NCBI GenBank assembly: GCA_044892525.1
Contig: CM097887.1
Coordinates: forward strand, 56,110,001 to 56,174,000
From: Schmidtea polychroa
Lineage: Eukaryota
DNA length: 64,000 nt
Direction: 5' to 3'
Under the pieces are notes generated by a model. That model worked only from the letters and a program-made list of their open reading frames with translations, was not told where the DNA came from and searched no databases. The position numbers and the translations under genes are program-made. Of the stretch, positions 39,088-51,900 are shown in pieces (position 1 is the stretch's first letter; every line of letters begins with the position of its first letter).

Positions 39088-39220
39088 NNNNNNNNNNNNN
39101 NNNNNNNNNNNNNNNNNNNNNNNNNNNNNNNNNNNNNNNNNNNNNNNNNNNNNNNNNNNNNNNNNNNNNNNNNNNNNNNNNNNNNNNNNNNNNNNNNNNN
39201 NNNNNNNNNNNNNNNNNNNT
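39088..39220. other. Assembly gap
   Basis: N run. Confidence 1.
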
Positions 39221-39461
39221 ATTTTGCATATGACATCAATGTTAAGAGGTTTGTCAGGATCTGACAGAGTCACCTTTAAAAATGTATCAGAACAGTCGGT
39301 GAATTTGTGTATTTATTTGTGTGAAAGCTTACTTGTGTATGTTATATAATAAAAATAACAATAATGTTAACTTTCAAAACAAACTTTATTAAGAAAAAAT
39401 AAATGTACAGCTAATGACAGAGTTCAATCTTCAGCATCATATTCTTTCATTTCTTCATTAA

Positions 39462-39507
39462 CACTAGATTTACGGACTGATCCAATTTGACTCATTTAAA
39501 ATTCTAT

Positions 39508-39543
<36 letters not shown>

Positions 39544-39686
39544 CTAATTTATTATTTTATGAATATATATGTTGATTTTTAGATATGTCATGAAATATAG
39601 GTATATATTAATTACCCGACTCCCCATTTCGCATATCGAATAAGGTATACCTATTTTTACGGCCATTTTTACCCGTAAATCTAGTG
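39462..39686. mobile_element. piggyBac-type MITE (225 bp)
   Basis: TTAA on both sides; perfect 14-bp TIR CACTAGATTTACGG / CCGTAAATCTAGTG. Confidence 0.85.
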
Positions 39687-41599
39687 TTAATATATATATT
39701 CCCAATTTTAATTTTTTAATCAACTTGCTATTTTATCTCTATAGTAAAACAAATCTTACTATAGAAAATGAATTCAAAATTCAAATGATCAAAAGCGGTC
39801 ACAGTTTCTCATCAATTGCACAAAAAACAGTGTGAGAAGGGGAGAATAAAAACAATAGTAATAACATTAAATAATAATAATATAATATTGAGAAAGTAGA
39901 ATATATTTCCAAAGCATTTATTTATTTAAGTCCCTACTTTTTATCCAACACCCTTAATATTTTTCTTGTTTCAAATCTCCTTGACTGTTATAAATGCCCA
40001 AATATTGATCTTGTCCACAAATTTAACATGACTTTTCTTAGATTCAATTTTTTCTAATTTCTTAATTTTAATATTTTTTATTGTAAAACTATTTTCATTA
40101 CTTTCAGGTAATTAAAGTAAAAATATATACAGTTATTGAAAAATATTAACCTCCTCAGACCCTGTGCACAATGTACAATATTTTCTTTTCTCTTTTGAAG
40201 CCATTTTCAATCTTTTCTTTGATGTATTGAGTCATTTTGTAAAGTCTTCAAAATACAAAAAATATATTTCCATCATCCTTTAAGATTCTAAATAAAATAT
40301 TTAAAATATACATCGTTTTTGGTATTTTGGGATGAGAAACAAATAGTAAAACAAATAGTAATGTTTTGTAAATCAAACGCAAAAATGTTATTTGATAAGC
40401 TGTTTTTTGCAGATTACAGACTCTCCCTATTACAGTAATGAGTGTTTTGTTTGATTCAAGGTGGGCACAAACTCAAACATTCCTTTCCTGAGAAGAACGA
40501 AGTTTTAATGTTCAGAATGGTATCGAATATATAAGATTTTATAAAATTTCCTTTAAAAAACCGACAAATTAATTTTTTTTGATCTAGTCATCCGTATATT
40601 AAATTAAGTATTTATTTATATTTTTTATATTTTTTTATAAAAAATATAGTTTACATAATATGCCGTGCTCTTTCAGCGTATGATTTATCAAATCTGCAAT
40701 TTATAAAATAAGTCGTGTAATATGTTGTTCTAGTTTGCACTGGATTTTAGGAACGCAATCTAGACACATAGCAACGCTTTTGCGTATAACTAAACGCCAC
40801 TTCAGAAAATGTCAATGAATTTTGTTCTTATTGAATTTTGAAAGTACTAGTACGTTGTAAAAGTAAATTTTATGTTTATTTTTTATCGGTTTTACAACAA
40901 AGATCATGAATATAAATATTTTATTACACCAACTGTAATTTTAAATGTTTAATACTACAATTGTAATATAGCCTTAATATATGTCACTATGTAGTGGAGT
41001 AGCCAGAAAATTGCTTCAGGAAACACTGAGGTCAAAAGTACACTATAACTGCATTACAGGCAGCTACACCCTTTTGCACGGAATAGAAGCATCTATAATG
41101 CAGGCTGGTGTGTACACCAATTATAGACGACTCACTATTTGTGATGAAATGCAGTTAATTTATAAGTTTTGTTTAATTTAGCCATTTTAGAAATGGGTTT
41201 CAAGTGAGATTTTTAATTTTAAGTAAATTTTAAAACTCGAATTTTGATTTTTATATAATTATGAAATCATTATCCAAGTTCTTAAATATAACTTTTTCAG
41301 CTTTTTTTAGGAATTATTTTAATATAAGTTAGATATATTTTTAACTATAATTTATTAAAGAAAGTAATCTCCAAACACATTGTTAAATAAATAATTTACC
41401 TGTACTTCTGAAATAATTTGATTGCTGCCAGCTCTTTTTCCTTTGGAAATTGTTTAGGCTTTTACACTTAAGAATATATTTGTTTGTCTAAATTTGTATT
41501 TTCTTAAAATATTTTATTTTTTGTTCATTTGGGTAGCCGTGCGGAAAATTTAGATAAGCAACTGAATGTTGAGCGCGAGACTTGCATTCTTCATACACC

Positions 41600-41600
<1 letters not shown>

Positions 41601-41651
<51 letters not shown>

Positions 41652-41846
41652 TAAAATGATGATTTCTTGGTAGCAGCATTTATTATTTAAAGCAATAAAA
41701 TGATAATTTAAGCCTTTTGCTGCAAATAATGTATTTAATGAAAGAATTTTCGACTATAAGATAGTCCTTGTCAATTGACAAGGACTATCTTGTCATTAAA
41801 TACATTATTTGCAGCAAAAGGCTTAAATTATCATTTTATTGTTTTA

Positions 41847-41904
<58 letters not shown>
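41601..41904. repeat. Palindromic element (41681-41853) embedded between two (AAT)n microsatellites
   Basis: ~60-bp inverted arms at 41681-41741 and 41793-41853, plus a perfect 34-bp inner palindrome AAGATAGTCCTTGTCAATTGACAAGGACTATCTT (41758-41791). (AAT)n at 41601-41650 and 41848-41904. Confidence 0.8.
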
Positions 41905-41907
<3 letters not shown>

Positions 41908-43257
41908 TGTTGCATTCTATGGAAATCTAATACTTTCTCATAGTATTTTTATCAATAAAATCTTTAAATTTTTTTATTTAGTTTGTTTCTACTTAAAATG
42001 TTATTTACTTTCATTTTTTTCATTTGTTTTCAATTCAACATAAAACATTGATCTGTCGTTTGAAAGAAAGGGAGAAATATTATTTTTTATGTAAATGGTT
42101 ATCGAAAATTATTTAATAAACAAATTTATAACTATGGAAAGTTTTAATAAATACACACTAAATAAAAGTGTGAGAAATTTGAATTTTTCTTTATATTTGT
42201 CTTCGTAGTATCTAAAAACCTCTAAACGTAAAAATAAATGACATAGATGAATCTTACTGCGACTTTAAAATATTTTTTCGATAACATTTAAAACTACATA
42301 AATATTGACATTTAAAATTTTTCGCAATTTTTTAAATAATTCTCGATTTGCGATTTATTATTTAATAATGAAATCATTAGAAAAGTGTATAGATAGTTAA
42401 AATTAAAAATTATAATAAAATTAAACTATAATAAAATGTTTTAAAATCTCTAAATATATTTATTATAAATTGAAAAATAATTTATTATTAATTAAATAAA
42501 AATATTTTTTTAAAGAAATATTAATACAATTTGTTCATAGTTTTTTCTATCCTACCTAAAGATGACCGGAAAGCTGTTTAAATATATCGTTAAACGAATT
42601 TTTGAGTTGCACATTCTTATAATTGCCATTATCATTGCCATGTTTGTTTAAATACTTATTCAATAATGAAATCGTTCAAAATTGGTAATAAATTTTAATA
42701 TCTAATTTTCTTTGAATTGAATGTCACATAAGCATTGTGTATAATAATGATAAATTAATAAGAATTTTGTTTGAACTTTTAAGTACAAACTAACTTGCTA
42801 TTGTTAATAATTTGAGAAATAAAAACAATTTTAAATTACTAATTAAATAATTTCTGTAATTATTATTATAAATATTCGATCGAAAAATTGCATAAATTTC
42901 CAAATTTTGGTTTCCTGCCAAATTTTGCAATTAATTATTTTGCAATGATTCTAATTTATATTTGTGATTCCATTATCTATTATTGTTATTTATATTTTAT
43001 TATAGTTATTTTAAACAATATAACAGTTTTTTGTCATTTAGTTTTAAAATTAAAAGAAACATTTTCTGATTGTTTAAAATTTGTTTTATAAAAAAGTTAA
43101 TTTTACTCTTTAAATTTTAAATTTTTATCATTTTATCTAAAAATTGAAAGTGTAAATTATTTTGTGTGACAGCTTCTACTAGAAATCTGAAAATTGAAAA
43201 AATATATTCTAAATAAAATCAATACGGTATTTATTTTACTGGAGAAAGATTTATTAA

Positions 43258-43509
43258 CACGTTGACGGACACTTGCGTCTATAGCCGTCAAAAAACGAAA
43301 CGGTTGTTTTTAGACACAAAAACTTGCTTATTTGAGCCATTAAACCTGTCATTTACATTTTTAAATTACCTTATTAAAGGTGCTAAATTAATCAAAATTA
43401 AGTTTATTTAAGCAGAAAGAGTAAAACTATACTTCTAATATTCTAAAAATTACAAAAACATATGGTGTCAATTTTCGAACTTCACTTGTTTCTACTGCCC
43501 GTCAATGTG
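43258..43509. mobile_element. piggyBac-type MITE (252 bp)
   Basis: TTAA on both sides; TIRs CACGTTGACGGAC / GCCCGTCAATGTG (11/13). Confidence 0.75.
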
Positions 43510-44299
43510 TTAAATTTTGTTTTGGTGTGAACCAATTTCAGGTCGAAATATTTCACTTAATAAACACTGCGGAAATTGCCTATTTATTTATTAGTATTAT
43601 ATTTTTACGAAAGCTTGCTACATAATTGTTGCCCGTTCACGAATACAGTGGTCAAAGACAACTGACTAAACTACTCTAAAGTTTTAATTTTTTTCTTTTT
43701 CAGAAATGTAATCAAAACGACAATAAACTTTCACTAAACCAGGAAACATGAGGATATTCTCTACTCATTTTTGGATTATTTTGCATACAGAATTTTTGAA
43801 GATCAGTTACGAAATATTTATAAAATATATATTAAAATATATTTTAATTTTATATATTTATGTATTAGATATTTTTTAAAATTTGTATACTCTTGAATAA
43901 AAACTAACATGTATTTATTTTTTCATTTCATGATCTTTGTAAAATTATAATTTTATGCAAATAATGTATTATAAAATATTTTGTTTTGAAAATAAAATTT
44001 AGAAAAAAAATGTTTCTTCCAATTTTTATTTTATTAGAAAAAGTCGACCAATGTTTTGAGTTGCTTTGATATGAGCACAAATATTCAATATTATAATTAT
44101 AATATTTGATATTTTAGAAAAACAATTTAGCTCAAGAACCCTGTCGAAGTGTTCAAGAAACTTTATTTTTATTGTTTATTTTTTTAATACAATTTCAATA
44201 AAAGAGAAAATTCTAAGTATATGATAAATGCCGAAATTTTCAACAGGACTAGGAAAAATAAATATTTAACTTCAACTCTTGAATGGGTTATATTGTTAA

Positions 44300-44538
44300 C
44301 CCTTTCTAAGGTGATGGCAATATACTGTACACCATTTTAAACTAATAAAAATGTCTAAGTAAGCTGTCGGTAATCATTTTTACTTTTGGTACAACTACTG
44401 ACATATATTGAGCCACAAGAGAACCAATTTGTTTTTTTTCTATATTTTAATTTTTTTATGATCATTTGTAACTATATAATTATTATTAATAAACTTTGAG
44501 TTTTACATCACTTTTAGTTTCCTTTGCCTTAGAAAGGG
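44300..44538. mobile_element. piggyBac-type MITE (239 bp)
   Basis: TTAA on both sides; perfect 12-bp TIR CCCTTTCTAAGG / CCTTAGAAAGGG. Confidence 0.85.
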
Positions 44539-47452
44539 TTAACAACTTACTGGATTTTACTCCATAAAGTATATGTGAAGTAAATTTTAAGTTGGTGCGC
44601 AGTATTGTCAATTGACCATAAACTAGGTGCATTTTTGTAAAATCTCAAATACCAGGAATGGCAAAACTTTCAAGTCTCGTGGGGGACTTTTGACTAGATT
44701 AATCCTTATGGTCTATCAGAGAAATTATTTTAAATATCAAAAGAGTGCTTTCAACTGTAATCTATTTGTTTTATTTAAAAACACAAAATTAGTAAAATAT
44801 AAGTTTATATATCGACAAATAATACATAATTTGAATTTAATATAATGCATAATTGAAATTAAAAATAGTTACGCAGTCGATGTCTTTGTCATCCGTGGTA
44901 TATAGATGTAGAGAAATGCTGGCATCCAAGGAAGATAGTTTAGGTGCTTTTCAAAATATTAATGAAAGCAATTTCCAATTTTCTAAACTCTGAGAGAATA
45001 TTTATTTACATTTTGTCTCATTAATGCATAATAATAAAACTCTCAAAGCAAACCAAATACAGGACGAAGAAAAATGAAATATAAAAATATAATAATGAGA
45101 ATGTTTCCTTAGACTTCGAAAACTTTGTCCAAAATAGTTTTAGCTTCATTTCAAAGTGACAAATGATCGTAATAGTGTAATGAGTTTTCTACAAAGGAAA
45201 ATCTGATTTTTGTGTTCAGAATGTACGAAAGCAATTCTTCATTTTTGTTAAATCAATAAATTTTAATAAGTCACAAATTTTTGACCTAGTCTACATTAAA
45301 CAAACACTTAACAAATCGGTTCCAAAAATAGATTTTAAATTTAATTCCTCCACCCTTTGAACACATTCTGGACCAATTAAAGTCGCCACTAAAAGTTATT
45401 CGTGGCCTTCTGGAACTGATCCATTATTACTTTTCTTTATTACTTTTCTATCAGATCACTCTATGGCTTGTGTCTTCAATAAAGATATTTGAATGAGTCA
45501 ACTCTAAACGTCGTGTACTAATTCATCAAACTATCATCAACTAACCTTATTTAGTGAAATCAAGCATCGTAACACACAAGATGACAGTCTGCTAAACAAG
45601 ATTCAAGGATTTTGATACTCGCATGTGTGTTCTATTTTAGGATAGGAGTCTTCATTTCCTCGTCAATTTATATATGGAAATTTGCATTTAGTTAAATTAT
45701 AAAATTGTGCGATTGCTCAGTGCACCATCAATTGGATAATAGCGTCTCTTAGAAGAAGACATTGTTATTCAATATTTATTTGAAATATTCCAAACTGCAC
45801 AAGGCAATTGTAATATTATTTATAATATTTCCAATTGCATAATCTAGTAAAGGGATCATTATTAGTTTAAGCGATATTATTGATACAGACAACACATATA
45901 TATTTAATTTCATTGCACGCAAACATGCTCACATCAATTGTCAAATATCGAGGTCATAATGACCCGGTTCTATCGTTATTATTATTATAACTTAGAAAAT
46001 CAAAAATTAAAAAAAATTAATAGCTATCATAATTTTTAAACAAAAAGTTTGTCTAAATGATACCTATTTATTACTTTTTATTAAAATACAATTTATTGAA
46101 TTATAAAGCGTTTTAAAGAATGAGTTAGAAACTACGACAAAAATCAGAATATTAATGTGGTCTCTAAAGCAATTAATCGTTGCAATAAATTTTACAAAGA
46201 CGTGCCAAAATATGTTGAAATTGAATAGCCGAGAATATGATGGACAAAGATGAAAAGACAGATTACTGGGCAAAAACTAAAGCTATTGATGCAAAACCAA
46301 ATAAGTGATTTCCAGTCACAATTACAAAAAAAATGACAGTTTCGAAAACAAAAAATTATGAACAACTTGCAACGTTCAATGTTCTTTTTAGAAAATCAGT
46401 AACTGAAATGCTAAAGTCAAAATCAGACGAACTGTGCAAGACCGCATTGTAATAAAATAATAAGATTTAAAAACAAAGCTTGAAACAAATGTTAAAAGGC
46501 ATAATGGAAATGAAGCTGTAAAAAAATGTTAAAGCTATTGGCTAATGAACGAAGGTGAACGAGATTTAGGGAAATATCACAACATACAATACAAAGAAAG
46601 TCAAATATTTCTTAATGAAGAAGTGCTATTACATAATTATTATTAGCAACTTGTGGGGTGTTGAATCTTCTTGTCTGCCATTTTAACGATGCTGGCACAA
46701 TTATCAAATCTACAGGAAGATAATCAAAAGAACCGATAAAATTGTATAAATTAAAGAGATAAATATTCTATAATACATAGAAATAAGGTCCAAAATACCA
46801 CAAAGTAGCCTACATACGAGACTGAAATGTTGTTTAAGGTCATTTAAGTTTATTTAAGATTATTTCGGGGTGAAATTTTAAGAGAAAGGTTGAGATTTTC
46901 GAGAATAAATTTATTTAACAAGTAATGTTAACATCGTGATATTTTTAAAGTTAATTATTGAGTGTAACTTAATGATTGAAAGTCCTTAATGTGTGAATTT
47001 TTTATTGTAGAAAGTCTATTTTTTTTTGAATAATAATAAATGATAAAAAATAAAGACAATTTATTTATAACATCAAAATGAGGTATTTAAATACCTATTA
47101 AAATGAGAGTAAATAAAAAATAAAATGAGAAGAGTATAATATTAAAAGAATCACACGTTGAAACCAAGATTTTAATTCCAAAAGAAATTATTCCAAATTC
47201 GATTCTTAATTCAATTAATAAACAACAAAAACAATTAAAAAAACCACCAGATCAACGAAATGATACCTGCACACAAAAAACCATCATAACTAATCATAAG
47301 TTAATCGGCCGAAACAACATACCTATTAAAATGAGAAAAATAAAAAATAAAATAAGAATAATATTAATATGATATTTATAACATTATATATTAAAATGAG
47401 TTAATAAAAAATAAAATAAGAATACTATATTAAAAATCCTAAGAATCCATCT

Positions 47453-48280
47453 TTGAGAAAATCTGGGTGTGATGTTGTTGAGGTGTGTGAGTCTGATGAG
47501 TTAAATAAATTAAATAGTGTGAGCAAATATGATGAGCCTAAATTTGTATTAGTATTGCCGTACTCAGAAGGTTTTAAGGATTATAAAGTGAAGATAAGAA
47601 AGCAGTTAGGGAATTTAAACTATAGGATAGTGCCAATTTCATGGAAAGTACACAATATGTTTATTAATAAGTCTAAAACTCCGGTCGAATTGTGTTCCGA
47701 TCTCGTTTATCAGTTTACATGTAATGGGTGTAATGCCACATACATTTGAGAGGCTTCCCGTCATCTATGTATTTGAGCTCGAGAAGATTATAGACCGAAG
47801 GATTTGACCCATATAAGTGAACACAATAAGGGCTGTAAGAATAAAATAGGTATGTCTGATTTTAAAATTTTATTAAAAATTTCCGATAATTATTGGGAAC
47901 GTGTAATTTGTGAGGCGTTATTGATAAAGTCATTGAATCCGAAAATTAATGAACAGAATGCAGTGAATACTTGTGTTTTAAATACTTTTATATTGTATGT
48001 ATGATTGCTGTTTGTGAAATTAATTAATTAATATAAAATTTTTAAATTATTAAATTAAAAAATGAAAAATTATAAATGTTAAAAATTTTTTTTAAAAATA
48101 ATATAGTATTATGTAATTTTAATTTTGATTTTTAAAAGATGAAATGTTTTTATTAATTAATAAAAAAAATTTATATAATTAATAAATTTGTTTAAAATCC
48201 TTAATTTATATATTTATTATATCCCACATGATGATGACAGGAAAACTGTCGTAATAAATCGCGAAAAGAATGTTTGATTG
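47453..48280 (+). mobile_element. 5'-truncated Penelope-like retroelement (GIY-YIG endonuclease remnant plus 3' region)
   Basis: One frame 47453-48004 with two internal TGA: LVLPYSEG...LVYQFTCNGCNATYI*EASRHLCI*AREDY...HISEHNKGC...FKILL...ERVICEALLIKSLNPKINEQ. This is the PLE GIY-YIG consensus (VY.F.C..C...YIG.T.R.L..R..EH...R.I.EAL.I...P.LN.Q). Confidence 0.8.
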
Positions 48281-48915
48281 GGGTCTTCTTATAAATAATT
48301 ATAACATTAAAATAATAATTTATATTGAGGAGATTGATAAGTGTTATGTAGTAATGTTTGGGTATTGTGTGTTTATGTGTATAATGGTTTGTACCTTTAG
48401 TGTTTGAATGTATGATAGAGAAATTTTGTAGAACCCAATAGAGTCACCTATAAAAATATATGGCGGGGCAATTGGGTGCGTGTATGTAGTAAGTGCTACA
48501 ATACAAATAATAATGAAATCAAAAAATAAAATTAACTAAATATAGCCAACAAATTATAATTCTAACTTTTATTAAATAAAAAACTAAATGACCTTAATTA
48601 GCCTTAGATATTCTTAGTTGTTCTGTTAGATAATATAGGGATAGAATTATAGACGGTAAACACTCTAGTTATAGGATTTTCCGCGAGCGTTGAGTTGAAT
48701 GGAAGAATTTTATTGTATTATTGATTTTTTGTTGTCAATTACTATAGTGATAATTTACCATAGTTAATTATCGCTATCTAGTTTTTTTAAATTTCCTTTC
48801 CTCGAGGATGATGACCATAAAAAACAATTTATTATTGAATCAATGAAACTGAGAACATAAAATACAATAAGAAATAAAATGAGAACAATATATTTCAATT
48901 AATGAAATTTCAATT

Positions 48916-48955
<40 letters not shown>

Positions 48956-48958
48956 CAA

Positions 48959-51900
48959 CTAATAGATATTGTCCCATCGTAATGAAGGGATTTTTCTCAT
49001 CACATCTCGTTCAACGCAATTCTGTTTGTTCAGTAAGCTTTGTAGCGTATGCAAGGATTGAGCCATCGCTGCCAATAAACTCGTTAGACATATTTCATTA
49101 GAGTCACTGTAGAGTTTGGTGTAAAATTCTTTATTCTTTTGTAATGGAAGTGACGAGATAATTGTATTTAATTCTCGTAAAAATCCATAATTTATTGCAA
49201 TTTCCTTAGATTGTACAGCTTCAATGTATTTAATGAGAAACTCGATTCGATTCCGAAGCATTATTATTGCTTGTTGCTGAGGTTGTAGATGTTCATGCAT
49301 CTAATAAATGGAAGAATTTAATTCAAAATAATGAGTTAAATGCATCACTGGTGATACAATAAATGGTTTACTAAATGCAAATTTTATTGATTCATAATTC
49401 TCGATAAATGCAATTTATATTGATCCTTAATTCTCGATAAATACAAATTTTATTGATTCATAATTCCCGATAAATGCAATTTACATTGATCCATAATTCA
49501 GAATAAATGCAATTTATATTGATCCTTAATTCTCTATAAATGCAATTTATATTGATCCATAATTCAGAATAAATGCAATTTATATTGATTCTTAATTCTC
49601 GATAAATGCAATTTATATTGATCCATAATTCAGAATAAATGCAATTTATATTGATTCTTAATTCTCGATAAATGCAATTTATATTGATCCTTAATTCTCG
49701 ATAAATACAAATTTTATTGATTCATAATTCCCGATAAATGCAATTTACATTGATCCATAATTCAGAATAAATGCAATTTATATTGATCCTTAATTCTCTA
49801 TAGATGCAATTTATATTGATCCTTAATTCAGAATAAATGCAATTTATATTGATCCTTAATTCTCGATAAATGCAATTTATATTGATCCCTAATTCAGAAT
49901 AAATGCAATTTATATTGATCCTTAATTCTCTATAAATGCAATCTATATTGATCCATAATTCTCGATAAATGTAAATTTTATTGATTCATGATTTTCGATA
50001 AATGTAATAATAACAGACATTTAAAAGTGTATGGTAAATAAAGGTGATCTTCCGAATAAAAGAAACTGATCAATTTTCCAAGAAAACATTGATTTCTTTT
50101 AAAAAGTGAAGAATTTGTAATGTTTTGCATGGTTGGCTATATTGACTGTATTCGATAAAAAATTTTACAAGTGACTAGAATGCCGTTTTATTAAAAATGT
50201 AATATTTTATTTATTTAAAAAATAGACAAATTGATTTTAGAATGTATTTTATGTATACAAACATTTCTCAATATTTATTTAAACTTGTTCAACGGATGTA
50301 AAAATGAATAAGAGAAAAATGTTGATCATGAATGTATTTATGAAAAACCTGTCTCATGAGTAGTAGATAAATGTAAGTGCACCGACTCGGATATGGTTAA
50401 GCAGAGCCGGATTTACTCTTGAGTGGGCCCAAGGCCCTTATAGGGCCCTTTTATAATTTTTTTTAAAAAAAGAGGTTAATTTGTTTCCTGCTGTTAATTT
50501 CGAAATGATATTACATTTATTCATATATAAAAGATATAAACATGAAGTACAATTTATAAATAAAAAAAATATTAATTTAAAAACATTTTCTTCTAGATTT
50601 TTTCTCTGCAAAATCTTCAACAGAAACTTTAGAAAGGTATTACAGTCAATTCTCATTAATCCGAACTTCAATAATCCGAAAACTTCGTAGTTAGAAACTT
50701 CATGACCCACAATCGGAAAGCTCTTTTAAATTAAATTTCTAATAATTTTTAAAAGTTTCAGATTAATGTTGTTTAAATACTAAGCTTGTTTACAATTTTA
50801 ATCTATTTAGCTCCTTGTGTGATTTGCCCGAAAACAATTCGGGTAGGTATTTTGCTGACACATCGATTTGTCCGAACTGGATTCGGGCAAATCGTACACG
50901 AAACTTTTATAGTGATTTGCTCGAGAGCAGCTCGGGTCATTCCCCCGCCACCAGTCTAGAGAACGCATCGCGTGCGTTGAGTGACACGTGTCGTAATTTG
51001 ATATTTGACCCACTTTTTCCAAGAGGTTGACCTCAGAAGTAGTTAAATTAAATATCCATATGGCTAGAAAAAGAACAGAAATTACAATTCATCAAAAGGC
51101 ACAAATTTGTGCAATTAAGGGAGTCGATTAATTCACTGAGTGAATTATCTCAAATTATCAGAAGAGAATTAAACCTGGACCTAGAAATTTCTACGTTATC
51201 AGAAATTTTGAAAAATAAAGAGATGGGAAAATTGTGAAAGCTCAAACTTTTACTCCAGACAATCTTCGAAAATTCATTTTCTGCTTGAGAATTCATTGAT
51301 CGAATGGATGCGATAAATGGTAACGGGAGTGATGAATTTGGACAAAAACTAAATGTTGATGACCTTCAATTCAGTAAAGGATAGCTCTATAGATTCAAAA
51401 ATCGATTTAATTGTTATTGATTGGACATAGCAAGAACCCAAGGTGTTTTAAAGGATTTAATATTGCAAGATACTGTAATTACCACGCAAATTAGAAAGCA
51501 TGGATGACCACTGATTTGTTTAATTGTTTTATGCAGCATCTTGATGATGAACTGAGAAAATACAAAAAGAAATTTTACTTACTTCTTGATATCGCTCCAA
51601 GTCATAGCTTGAAGAAATGATTTCAGAACATTGAATTTATAATGCTTCCGATTAACTCAGCTGCTCATCTTCAACCCATGAAAATTTAAAGCATTATTAC
51701 AGAAAAAAGTTAGTAGTTGATTACATGAACTCGCTTTATCAAACAAAAGCATTTGTTGTTAATCTTAAGAAAGCCATATGGATACTTCATGAAGATTGGG
51801 AAGATGTGAAAGACGAAACCATCAAAATTGTTTCAAAAAGGTTATTTAAGGTCTTCATGGATTTTATGCTGAAGAAAACTTGTCGTCAGATCCCGTTGTT

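Noticed and set aside
39056-39349. ORFs spanning N runs (also 63332-63721)
   Set aside because: Open only because X codons hide stops.
39950-40290. Kinase-like words on the minus strand (ILKDDGNIFFVF, INIWA)
   Set aside because: No HRD or DFG motif and the frames are inconsistent; the resemblance is too weak.
41488-41679. Poly-Leu signal-peptide-like ORF
   Set aside because: The Leu run is the (AAT)n microsatellite read backwards, and no consistent splice model was found.
44860-45900. Possible further LTR-retrotransposon pol remnant (FSKL, TDHS words)
   Set aside because: Too few motifs survive to assign order or strand confidently.
49372-50008. CRISPR-like array or repeat-coded protein
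   Set aside because: The 33-bp units are contiguous with no unique spacers, there are no cas genes, the context is eukaryotic, and the frames checked contain recurrent stops.
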